The notes under the pieces were generated by a model, which worked only from the letters and a program-made list of their open reading frames with translations, was not told where the DNA came from and searched no databases. Positions 39,176 to 51,794 of a DNA stretch of 64,000 bases are shown in pieces. The position numbers and the translations under genes were made by a program. This DNA comes from Magallana gigas. Its lineage: Eukaryota. The stretch covers positions 16,182,001 through 16,246,000 of the forward strand of contig NC_088854.1 of assembly GCF_963853765.1 (NCBI RefSeq), in the 5' to 3' direction. Each line of letters begins with the position of its first letter. Position 1 is the first letter of the stretch.

Positions 39176-40668
39176 TTACTTCTTACCGGGTTTCATTTGT
39201 TGTTTGGCATGACAAAGCAAACAATTGTTCTGAAACATCTCAAAACAATTTTTGCAATAAAGTGATTTACACTGCTTGCATTTCCTAAAGGAAACATTAC
39301 CACTGGCCTCCTCCTCGCAGCTTATACAAGTTGCCTTTCGCGGTAAACAGATATCCAGGAATGGTTTACAAAAGATGCCAATCGAACTGTACTCTAAGAG
39401 ACCCCGGATAGAAACACGGTTATCGATGTCATGACGACGTATTTGCAGCCGTTGTCTAACCCAGGTGAAGAGCGTCTTGCGTCGATGACGTATCAACTCA
39501 TGAAGCAGACGACATCTTTCCTCCTCTCGGTCAGGATAAAAATGAGAAGTGATGACACGGCGGATTCTATGCGAGTACATTTGAACAAAGACAAGGAACA
39601 GCACACCGCCATACAAAAGCGAGAAAACGGGGATATTACTTTCACTTGGCAGGCTTGGGTTTGGTAAGCAATTGGTTATGTTGAATTCGACGGTCATGTT
39701 AACATTGAGATCTAAATTTGCTATAAGGTCTCGAAAGAAGTTGGCGAGGAATCCGCTGCCCTCCACCGTAATGTTAAGGCTGCTGACACTGGAGGACAGA
39801 ACAGCTACCTGTCCATAGTTACCGATCAGAACAAGGAGGTAATACAGGGCGTAATCAAAACCTATTACGACGACGGCAATCCCAAAATGGGTGAAGAAGG
39901 CGGCAAGGCCTGAAAGAGCCGAGGACAATTCTTGACCGGTAGGAAATGGCAATGAAGTGATGATGTACCTCGAGTGTTCTCTGAACTTCAGTGGAAGGAC
40001 CGACTCCCGTCCGCTTTTCTTGCATTTTTCGTCGTATTCTATAAATTCCGGAGATATGTATATGTTGTCGTAAAAATCTTGCTTCATGTAACGGGTCATG
40101 TATATAACAGACTTAATAAAAAGGAATAGGACTGTCACTCCAAGAGCCTGGCTGATGATGCCAGATATGGTAGTTATGCTGGATACTTTGCTGGTGATGT
40201 CTGCTAACACCTCAGTCACGATTTGCGATGCGGTTTTAGATGATGTTATATTCATGTTAAAGTCAAAGGAAGAGTTAAACCCAAAAACGAATTCATTTTT
40301 AAATTTGTTGAATTCGCTCATGGCTGCAGAAGCTGCCGATGAAAGCTCGCCCGACACAAAGTTTATTGCTTTACAAAGATAGGCTGGAATGTCCAATACA
40401 CTACAGACCACATCAACTTTTCCTAAAATGCCACATATAGAGCTCGCCAATGATCGTTTCCTCCTGAAACGCAAAGTATAACTCATCTTCAAAACCAAAA
40501 TAGAGATATATATTAAGGTACTAAATGTGTACATATGTTTTCAAACATCGGTAACTTTTGAAAGCTATAAGTACAAGTTTTAAGGATATACAGAGCGGAA
40601 AAATGTCAAATGTAAAGTTGATCAACAAGTCAATGAAGTTATTTAACTTACTAGAATCGTTGGTGGTT

Positions 40669-40753
<85 letters not shown>

Positions 40754-42340
40754 TATACCTGTCGCGTTTAACTCTACTCGCAGACAAGGCTCTGTATTCA
40801 CCCTCTTGAGTTACAGAGGGAGACGATAATCTTTCCTTTTCTTCGATTTCCATAACCAATGCATCATATGATCGACTTCGTCCCTCCTTCTTGTTTGCCT
40901 GTTTACCACGCATTGCTGTTGAATTCATTAGGCTATTCGGAGCACCAGACGTGTTTAGGGGGAGAAAACCTATGGCTCGTCTACGTCTTTTCCCCCAAAT
41001 TGACTTCACTGCATTCACCACTGTCTTTGCGGCATCTTCTAGCCATTTCACTGCCGCATTGACAGCGTCCTCACAGTCTTTTTCTGCTTTTTTGATCCCG
41101 TTAATGCACGAAGACTTAGCGTCTGCCATTGTTTTTTCACAAGACTGGATATAAAACATGTGTTCATCATGATAAAAAGACTAACTTCTTTTTAAATATC
41201 AAATCTTTATAACAAGGTTATCCTTTATTGTTCTTTTCCTTTTATCAATAACTATCCAACATTCCATATATATTGCTTTAAAAACATACAATAAAATTTG
41301 GATACGATGAAGGTATTATGAAAAATACTTACAGAAAACACATTGGAAATTTCAGCAGCGATTCTCTCCACTGTACTGAGAAACGACTCTAATTCGCTGA
41401 CAATAGAATTGATAGTATTAACCACAGGTGTTAGAGCATCGACCACAGTTTGAAACACATTCTTCAGTGCTGAGGCGATGCGATATAACGGCTGAAGGAT
41501 CTGTTTGCCTAGCTGCATCAACTGGTTCTGGATCAAGTCAGCCACGCATGCCAAACACCGAGACACTTCTACCGTGTTGTAGGCAATGTTTGATCCCGGT
41601 CCAGACATAAGGAGGATGAAAATGGCGGCGAGGACCAAACCCCTTCCTTGTGAGGTGAAAAGGGATGGCACCACTAGCAACAAGCAGCAGCTTAGGAATC
41701 GACTACCAAAAGCTCCAATCAGGACTAGAAGGAAGGCCACGCCCGTTATAATTCCTGATACTCTGTAGGTGTATCCAAAACTGTAAACGCAAATGGAGAA
41801 AAGGCCACCACAAAACAGCGCTCCCAGCAAAATACCACAGACAATCAAAACGATTCTCCGAATGGTGCGTGAAGTCTTGGGACTCAATGCATTGACTGGG
41901 AATCCTGTCCGAAGTCTCTGTGTAAGCTCCTCTATCAGGTTACCGTTGTTCGTCTGTATTGGTATTTCGCTCATTTCAAACTGACCAGGCTGGTCGTACC
42001 TCCCTTGTTCTGCTTTCTTATCTCCTTTCTCTAGCAGTGGTGTTTTCTGTTTTAAAAGATTTGGGGTTTCGTCATCGCTATCGTTCTGATCTTCGGGAAT
42101 AATCATGGTGGTACGATGTGGATTTTTAGGAAGCTCTGGGGACTGTCTAGAATACTCAGTGTAGGAAACAGGAAAGAACCCCGTCTCGTCGGTCCCTACT
42201 TTCCGCCCTAGAGCCCATTCATTGTTCAGAGGCTTTACATGCGTTATGTAATCTCCTTTTCGGAGTTCCAGATTTTGAGGTGCTGATGACGGGTAGTCTT
42301 TGATAACTTTGTACTCACGTGACAAGTCTTGTTCTGTCAT
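39176..42340 (-). CDS. DC-STAMP/DCST-family multi-pass membrane protein with N-terminal SH3 and C-terminal C4C4 RING-like motif (~899 aa, 3 exons)
   Basis: Exons 42340-41333, 41144-40759 and 40481-39176. Features: SH3 (YKVIKDY...LELRKGD...EWALG...GFFPVSY); TM block with CCLLLVVPSLFTSQGRG...GPGSNI; DC-STAMP core YMTRYMKQDFYDNIYIS...LPL; CLPNP; HFYPDRE.ER..L; CxxC x4 tail. The exon 3 acceptor was chosen by phase and is less certain. Confidence 0.85.
40673..40751. repeat. (TA)n microsatellite, ~39 units, in DCST intron 2
   Basis: Directly visible. Confidence 0.98.
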
Positions 42341-43673
42341 GGCTTTTTCTATATGCGGAAATTGTTAAAACATGATATCTTTTGAAATGGTGGATTAAAA
42401 GTAAATTTAAAATTAATAATGGTTATTATATAATTAATTCCATGCATTAAATGACAATAAAGACAGTGCATGTACTTTATATAAAGATAAATACCTTCGT
42501 CCTGGCATCAAGAAAGGTTTTAGTGTAAAAAAAAAAAAAAAAAAGCCCGCAATACGTGCTGAACGGATATTGTGTTTCCGGACTTTAACGGAAGTACTGA
42601 CTTTTTAACATGCATCTTACACAGAATAAAGATTAATGTAAATATTGGAGGTATTTTTCTTCTCTTATATACCACAACTCTGGACGTTGTGAAAAACAAT
42701 TTGATTATATATTTGTGAAAAAGAATTTGATTATATATTTGTGAAAAAGCACTTGATTATATTTTTCTCAAACTTTATTTTGATTTCTTTAAGGGGTTGT
42801 TTTCCTTCTATGTACATGTATTTTTATGATGTATACTGTAAACGAACATAGTAAAAGCACATACAAGTAGCTCATGACATGAGGGCATTTTTCAAAGATA
42901 CTTTTTTCCTCTTAAAACATTATTTATTATATTAAAATAAATTATAGGAAACTTGGAAAATAAATCAAAAGTTAACGATACAGGTGTACAGATGCATGAT
43001 TATTATGCAGTAAGCAAGAACTTCAGATCATATTTATGATAACGTGTATAAAATGTCTCTTTGAATATGTATTATGATCTTAATCATCTCAATAATGGCA
43101 GTTATATGCTAGTAAGTACTGTTTTACTATCATTGCTACACATACTGACAGAACAGAACTGTTTATAATTATTTCATTAAACACATATTTTTAATTTGTA
43201 CAGAATTGTTAATTTTTTATTTTACTGTGATTTATCTGTACATGCAAAACTTAACATTGATTACACTGTTAGGACAAAATGATTGTATACACAAAATTAC
43301 TACCAAAAAAATTAAAAGACCAATTCTTCATTTTATTTTCAACATACGATAAACACGAATGCATTACATATGTATTTGTACATTAACATGGCATACTATT
43401 TGGTTTGATCTGTATAAAGCAGTGTATTGCAAATTGGTCAAACCCATGGATTACAGGCAAGCACGTCACTGGCATTTGGTTAACACATGTACATATATCG
43501 TTATCATATAAAGACATACAATGTATATACAGGAAATATACTGCTTTCAGTCACAAAAGTTTCACGTTTTACAACAAACTTGGACAGAACACTAAACGTT
43601 CACGGTGACCATGATCACGTGATTCACAATCAATCTAGTCCCTCTTGCGTTTGTTTTCGCGAAATTCCATCAT

Positions 43674-45549
43674 TCAGATGCTGGGGTTTGCTGACTTGGC
43701 TTTCCACAGCTTCTTCCGTTCTATCAGCCCAGTCAGCATATCATTAAACAGTCTATCCACACCCTCTCCAGAGGCGGCAGAAGTCTCATAGTATCTAGAA
43801 ATGCCGAACATTGTGTTAAAGACTTGCAAAGTTTTTAGGTAGCATTACCGTGAGGAATCAGTCTTTGTTTTGCTTCAACATTCCGAATAGATTCACCATA
43901 ACAAAGCTGTTGCAAAATATTGTTTGAACCATACATGTATAGATGTATAATGTATATATAAATGTATTAAGATGAAACGAAATGAAAACCTTCATAGTTT
44001 CTTACTTTGCGTTGTTTTGCTGGGCCCATTTTTTAGAATCCTCTGATTTAACAACTCTTTTTGCTTTCAAATCGATCTGAAAAATAAAACATTGTAAATA
44101 TACTACTGATTCATGTAAGTTATATTGATAAATTTTTTAAAAATCCCCAATTAAATGCGGTTGATTGTCTCTAGAGGGAAATACCTTGTTGGCAACGACA
44201 ATAAGCTCGGGGTTTCCGGATGAGTATTTTTGCACTTCTTTCAGCCAATTTTCCATATTTTCAAATGTTGACAAATTTGTGACATCAAAAACAAGAAATA
44301 TGGCGTCTGTGTTGATATATAGTTCATTCCTAACATCGATGTATTCTGGACTGCCAGAGAGATCCCATAGATGTACTCTTACTTTGAAAATTAAGAAGAA
44401 ATTATACAATGTAAAGTATATATGTATTATACATTATTTTTTACAAAATCATTTCAGATATCGAGAACATTTCCAAATCGTTTTATACACAATATTTTTC
44501 CTGTCTATTTGATGTAGCAGATGTGGGGAATTTCTTATTTCAGTTTGCATTTTTCAATTCCATTTTAACTATCATTTTGTGCATAACTCAACCAAGCAAG
44601 GGTAGGTACATCTATATACTTACAGTCTACCCCCTCCACGTGCTGAATTTTAAACCCATAATCTACACCAACTGTTGGCTGGTACCCACCGCTAAACTGT
44701 AAAAACAAATTTACTTTGAAATCATAAGACTTCGTGGTGGCTCAATTCATGGGTACTACTCATCAACGAATTAACATCCTTGACGAATTATTAAATTATG
44801 GCATTAAAGCCACGTTTTCAATTGTAGGTATAACGTTATAAGATGATACGCGAAATTAAGCCCCCCGAACCTGTACATTAAAATTTAAGCAATCCATGAA
44901 AATTGGCCCCCGAGAATTTTAATGATTCCCCAGTATATGAATGAGATAAACAAACAACCTAAATGGTACATTGATTATTATCATTACGTTTTTATAACAA
45001 TAGTGTGAAGTAATTGTTCAATTGCATAGTAGATCTATGTCCACAATGCAACATTTTTACATAAATAAACAATTTCTTACTTTGCTTTCGCAAAAATGTT
45101 TGATAAGACAGGTTTTCCCAACGCATCCATTTCCAATGCCTACAACCTGCAACAGAAAGTGGTCTATATAGTTATTCATGCAACCATGCATATATATATA
45201 CATAATTTTTCAAAAATGTATTAATACAATAATTAATAAAAATGCAGAACCTACAAATATGGAAGTGAAATTAGTTTTTGGTCTTTCTTTCGCTATTGTT
45301 GCGTTTTATTTTGCATCGACACATCCGTACATGGGATGTTATCTACATCACTTTGACATGGGATGTCTAAGTTGGATAAATACATGTAGGCCTACTAGAG
45401 AAATAACAATTAATTTATAGATTCTTTTGTAACCATTTAGTGTTCGCCATTTTCTATAAATCGACAGTTATGTACTATACCTTTATCCACACCAAAGAAT
45501 TCACGGCATCCTGTGCATTTTTAGTCAAATGGCCTGGTTTTCTGTCCAT
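43674..45549 (-). CDS. RJL-family (DNAJC27/RBJ-like) small GTPase lacking the J domain (198 aa, 6 exons)
   Basis: Exons 45549-45481, 45146-45081, 44696-44624, 44381-44185, 44076-44006 and 43794-43674. G1 GNGCVGKT, G2 PTVGVDYG, G3 WDLSGS (no Gln), VRNELY, G4 NKID, G5 ETSA. The gene stops at KSANPSI* with no J domain and no CAAX. Confidence 0.88.
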
Positions 45550-45882
45550 GTTTACATTTTACATGTGCGCGGTAGCCATTTTGTGGTCTCCCTCGATACG
45601 GTAAACAAAAACAAAATATTAATGGGGAATATTATTTTCCATTTATCTCAATAATATGCACTGAAAACTTAATGAATAAATAAACAAATAAAAGTATGAT
45701 TTATTCTTTTTAATAATGGGCCTGTTTACAAAACTACATTTTAAACGACACGTTGCAAACAGTTATTTTTAGGTGTTAATGTTCGGGTATCCTCAAGCGT
45801 TTTCATGAGTCTACGCGTTGACTGGGGAAACACCGTAAATTAAAAGAGAAACGGAAAGTAGTGTATTCTGTCTGTTTGCAGT
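45550..45882. promoter_or_regulatory. Putative bidirectional promoter/5'UTRs shared by the RJL GTPase and DNAJC22
   Basis: The divergent ATGs are only 333 bp apart. Function is inferred from this arrangement. Confidence 0.55.
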
Positions 45883-48408
45883 ATGGCGCACATATTGATA
45901 GCATACGTATTATGGCTAGTTGGTGGTACATGGGGACTTCACCACTTTTATCTTGGGAGGGACAGACAAGCATTTATATGGTGGGCCACATTTGGCGGGT
46001 GCTTTGGACTTGGTTGGTTCAGAGATCTATGGCGAATTCCGGAGTACATATTTGCAGCAAACAGAGATAGTGGATATATTAAGGATTTCAGGCGTCAACA
46101 AAGCTGTTATCCACGCCCATCATTTAACGTCGTGAGATTTTGGGGGGAAGTAATCCTTGGATGGTCATTTGGGGTCCTTGCCCGCCTTTGCGTTCCAGAG
46201 GAACACGCATATGAAGGAATTGGTTGGTGGGTTTGTGTTACTGTACCCCCACTTGCCACCGCTTTAGGTAAGAGTATTATTATCAATTTCTATTTGAACT
46301 ACTTCTTATTTGTAATTATCTAAAATGGTGTTAATGTTGATTGCCTCTATAAGGGTTTGATAAAAAAAATCATTTATTTTTGTTCTAATGTTACAATAGT
46401 TTTCCATTGCTAGAATTTCAGTATAATACATTTTAATAAGTAAATTTCTCCAGTGTGATGAATATATTTCAATATTTGTTTTTTTTTTCAGGGGTTCATG
46501 TGGTTGCCAACGAAAAGCCATATAGGGCTTCTTTTTATTGGCCACTAGTAGGTGCATTGTGTGGAATTCCCTGGTTAATATACGACTCGGGGAGCATTCA
46601 CTACTCATCAATACTTGCTACTTTATTTGTTAATTGGAAGGGTGTGCAATGGAATCCAGAGGTAGGGAACAACAGACCATTCTGTAGACGCTTCTTGTGT
46701 TTGGTTTTTTGTTGTCTTCTATATTCCACCATGTGGGGAGTGGCTATTTATCAAACTGCCAGTATCACCACAAAGGATGGAGAGGAAATTCCACTGAGAG
46801 AGGCGATCCCTAACTTCTTTAACTCTCCTGCATGGGCAGAAATGAAGGAATCCCTGAAGCAGTTGTACAAATTCTATCAGGTGCACGGATTCGAGAGGCT
46901 TTGGGAAGAATTTGTGGAGAAATTAGACCCTACAGGAGAAGCACATGCATACAAGGTAGGACCTCAAATACAATGCTACATTTATATTTTATTTGAAAAT
47001 AGATTCAAGGCAAGAAAATGTTAGTGCTGTTAGCTGGAAAAAAATGTCAGAAATGAAAATATTTTATTTGTGAATGCATGCATAGTTCCATTGTATATCT
47101 ATATTGTATATCTATATTGTATGAATCTAAATGGTGAATGATTTACCACGGTATGTCCACAACTTTTTAGTGTATTGTTAATAAGGTTTTGTTTTTATAT
47201 TTTATAATGTTCAGTAACTGGTACATATAAATTCATATTCATTGAAATTCAAAATGCATTTACACTAAGATTGAACTTTCTACATCTGATTTTACAGCAT
47301 ATTGCATTGAATGGTATATTATAAATTCATTGATTTGATCTAGTGTTGTCAAATCTGACGATTTTGATAATTGGTTTTTCGCTTGCTTTTTCGGCTCAAG
47401 CACTCTGTTACTGGGATGATTGTTCATTTCAGTTTTCATATATAATATATTTTTTTTCCCACTTCCTTTAATTATCAGTAGCAATATAAAATTAATGTAT
47501 TAGCTTTTCATGAACTTTATTTACAAACTCCTTTTCAACCCCGATTTATATATGTTGTGATCGAGGAGAATTAATACATGTATAGCAGGTAATTGCCAGT
47601 TGTTTTGCAGAGTATCTAGTAAACTGCTGGCTTCCAAATTATGTTTAATTTTAGATGATTTAACATATTTGTAGTCCATGATGTATAAGATACTTCCAAT
47701 TCAATTAATTTATGTACATTTATCTCAGATTTTGAATCTGCATTTCTTTAAAATTAAAATATTCACACTTTTGATGTCTGTGGTGGCATCTTGCTATAAA
47801 TAATGTTCCTCAGACTAGCAAAGGTTTAAATGAGGTAAATTATAACCCAGGTCTTGAATACTTTTATATATCCCTTTACAATCAAAGCTATCAATTATAT
47901 AAACTGAAAACTTATCAAAATAAATTGATCCTGTTTGTGAACCACAAGACCAAGTTTAATGGTAATAGAAAAGAGAAATGTATTTGCATGCATTTCATAC
48001 CTTCAATAAATTCTAGCCTGAGTAACCGAATACCAGTTTTACTATCTGATATTTGCATCATTTGGCGCAGTTAACCAGTAAACTGAGTATTCGTTCACAA
48101 CACTAATTTAAACAAAAAGTATATATTTCTTCTACACTCTTTTTTAGGTCCTAAATATTAAAGAAAATGCTACAGAAAAACAAATCAAAACTAGTTATAG
48201 GAAACTAGCAAAAGAGTGGCACCCTGATAAACATACTGACCCAACTAAAAAGGCCGAGGCTCAGGAAAAGTTTATGGAGATACAGAGAGCATATGAAATT
48301 CTTTCCAAAATTCAGAGCAAGAGAATGAAAATGAACACGAGGGATAGACGGAAAGAAGAAGACTATGATCAAATGGGCAGAAAGAAAAGGATGAAAGATG
48401 AGTTTTAG
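45883..48408 (+). CDS. DNAJC22: DnaJ homolog subfamily C member 22 (TM2 domain + J domain; wurst-like), 3 exons
   Basis: Exons 45883-46267 (YVLWLVGGTWGLHHFYLGRD, TM2), 46492-46955 and 48148-48408 (VLNIKENA...YRKLAKEWHPDK...FMEIQRAYEIL). Confidence 0.92.
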
Positions 48409-50376
48409 GAGTATTTACTCTTAATTATTCATAAGTTAGTTTATGAAGAATTTGTTAAGTGAGGGTTCTTTTTTTCCAGTCATTCTATAATGTTGAACAT
48501 TGATAGGGATGAATGGTTGTGTGCCCTGGGGAAAGATTTTTTAAAAGCCTTTGAGAGCATAAAGCATGTCATCTAGCTTGTAAATTAGAGTTTTTTCTAT
48601 AGCTCTCACAAGTACAAACATGATCTGTATCCTGTTAACTACATGTACACAAGTTTTTTTTTCGAAATAGATATCATATGTATATTACACATATCCTCAT
48701 TTTTTTTTTACTCCAAGAGTTTTACAGTTTTCTAGAGATATGTAACATTCAAGTTTTTATTACATAAGCTGCTTTATCAATGTGGAAGACATGCTTATAT
48801 AAGGCCAAAATAAAATTATTGTTTGGAATTGCCTCATGGGAAAAACGTTACCCTCCGCTGATAAAATTTTATTAGCAAAAAATTTAAAAACTTTGTTTTA
48901 ATATGTGAAGATTTTATTGTTTACCAATTTTTGATTAGTTAAACTTATTAAGTTTGAAAAAAAAGAAAAAGATTCCCTGTCTCTCCCCTGGATCTAGAAA
49001 CCTCCAGATGGCATTTCCACATTTTTTGAAGGATGACCTAGATTTAGATACTTGTATATGGAAATTACCACCACTAGTACAGTATTTCATGCATTTTGTC
49101 ACAAACGTACACCCTTTTTAGACAATCAGCACATCATAACTGAGCACATGTACTAATTTTTGAAATTATATTTAAGATTTTTTGTCTTCTTTATAAAACT
49201 GTGCTAAAATGTACAAAATGCATGCGTGCCACAACTTTGTTAAATCTAAAGTATTTGAAAGTATACTTCAACATTGTCTATCTATGCAACTGAATTATTT
49301 AAATGATTAAACACTATTGGGTTTATGTCAAAATCTTTTTATCTTTATGTACATATATCATGTATATCAATCAAATCTCAAAATACAAGTCCGTCCTTGT
49401 CCTGAAATATCTTGGGGGGGGGGGGGGAGAAGGGGGCCATTGTGTGTGTGTTTGTCTTGAAACTAAATCTAACTGTTCATTTTTGTTGATTTGATTACCA
49501 TTTTTGCAATGTATATATTTTAAAGCTATTACTATACTGTTCATGTTGTTCAAATAGAATAATCATACATGTATTAGAATGTGTATGAAAACTATACAGA
49601 TACTGAGGAAAAGACCTGAGACAGATTATACACATGTAAATTGCAGTATTTTATTGCGGCACTGTATCCAAGATTGTCACAAAACTCTTCTTAGTCTTAT
49701 TAGATATTTGTATCAATTTTACTGTATACCATTCATTTATTTGTGTTCATTCCACTGATCTACTTCAGTAGATTAATTAATTGCTTAGCTATTTAAAAAA
49801 AAAAAAATGTAGCTGCTAGAATGTCGTACATGTATTTTGCAAGAAATAAATTTGTTGTTATTATGAATAAATGGAACAGCAATGCTCTCTAGCTACCATC
49901 CTCATTAGCTGATTACAATGTATTCCTTAAGGCAAAAATTAATTAGTATGCATATATTGATGAGGTATGTACTTTATCCTGATGTATGTTTATTAGATAA
50001 TTAATGAGAAAAAGATGAGAATTTAATTTTAACTACAGTTTTCCTGTTAATGTATGAGGAATATATATATTTTTTTAGAATTGCCTGAAATGTATATAGT
50101 TTATAGTTCAAATGCATTTTGCATTAATACTTCAAAATGTATTGTACAGGAAATGTTAGTAGATGTTCTCAATAACATGCAAGCATGCATGTACATATAT
50201 GTATCAGTTAGCTAAAACGCGTTTGTACATTATATCTTATTGTTTAAAAGAAATATTTATTCAGCATTGTCTTTAATAATAGAGAGCTTTTTTGTGCTTT
50301 GATCTGCAATATATATTATTTAAGCACTTCCTTACATCAAGATTTTTTCATTTTGTTCTATATTATTGTTATTTCA

Positions 50377-50866
50377 GGGGCATGGTCACAATTTTGGTCA
50401 AAATTTATTCCTTCCTTTTGAATGTTTACAATGCTTCAGTAACGCATTTTTAATGGTTAACCCAAATTTTAGTGTCAGTATTTGAGAGATACAGAATACA
50501 CAAATCTTTGTTATGTAAGCACAGCTTAGGTCATGTTTTTGTTTAACTTTTGAAAGTTGAAAAGAAAATTCCAGATTTAGACCTAAAATGAATGTAAAAA
50601 CAATATGAGCTGTTTAGTTATGTTCAAAACGAATGAGCAGATAGAAAAATCAGCTTGAAAAAGAAATTTTACTGAATATTAAACCAGTGAAAACAAAAAT
50701 ATGGCACAAGCCTTGTTTACATAACAAAGAATTGTGAGCTCTGTATCTTGCTTATAACCTTAAAACTGACTATCAAATTTTGGTTGATCATTAAAAACGC
50801 ATTATTAAAGCCTTATAAACAATATAAATAGCGAAAAATGTTTGGCCAAAATCGTGACCATGTCTT
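50377..50866. mobile_element. Kolobok-like MITE
   Basis: TIRs ggggcatggtcacaattttggtcaaa and tttggccaaaatcgtgaccatgtctt, flanked by ttca and ttaa. Confidence 0.6.
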
Positions 50867-51647
50867 TTAATGTTGAATGAATCTCTTTACATGAATGGCA
50901 CCTTGAATGCTTTAAAATCAAGAATTCAAATAATTTTGAACATGTAAATGTACAATGACTATTGTAGGTACTCATGTCAAGCATAGTACATTTGTGTATA
51001 TTAGATCTGTTCCATCTAGATAATAGATAAGCTGAAATCTCATAAATGCAGTATATATATTCTTTCATAAGTGAATACAGTTATCAGATCATTTTTATTT
51101 TAAAAATTTCATTTATTGTATATTTTTAAGTTTTTTGCCTCATTTAAGATTATTCCTGCCACTTGACATTTCAAGTTATTCATTATTATTTGTTTTGTTA
51201 GTATTTTGTGTGGTTGTTTTAAAGAAATAATTTGGCTCAATGGTGTAACTATTATTATTGGTGGAAGTTAAAAAAAAAAATTAAAACAACATATAATAAA
51301 TATTTGTTAACATAACATATACATGTATGTAATATTTAATTATTTTTATTTCATTTGGTTTTTTTTTACTGTTTCAACATAGTATCATTTTAAAGGTTCA
51401 TAATCACCTTATTCAATTTATTTTTTTAATTTACATTATTTATTATGTAATTGAAGTTAAAAAATATGTATGGTTTTTTTCTTTACTCTTTAGACTTTTC
51501 TCAATTGTATTTATCTTGAAAGGGGGATAATTAACAGAATACGCACTATTCTTTTGTTTGTATTTATCTAATAAATGAAAACCACTCTATATTGCTGTTT
51601 TGTGTGATTCATAAGATATTGTCTGACACCAGTAAATCAGTGGTTTA

Positions 51648-51794
51648 CATGCGCTGATCCAGCAATATTCCCGGGAGGTGGCAGAGGGATCAATGTGTTC
51701 GATTGGGGAGAGCGGGGCGCATCAAAGGCCTAATTGAGATTATTTGCCCAGAAAGAATGTTCGCCCCTTGCCTCCCGCTTTAGATCCGCGCATG
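51648..51794. mobile_element. Short MITE-like element
   Basis: Imperfect inverted ends catgcgctgatcc ... agatccgcgcatg with a GC-rich interior. Confidence 0.45.

Noticed and set aside
40521-40809. Poly-(YI) peptides in the ORF track
   Set aside because: Translation of the intronic (TA)n run. A donor at 40758 removes it.
44725-44935. Possible Tc1/mariner-type MITE remnant in RJL intron 2
   Set aside because: Only one putative TIR is recognisable, which is too weak to call without a repeat library.
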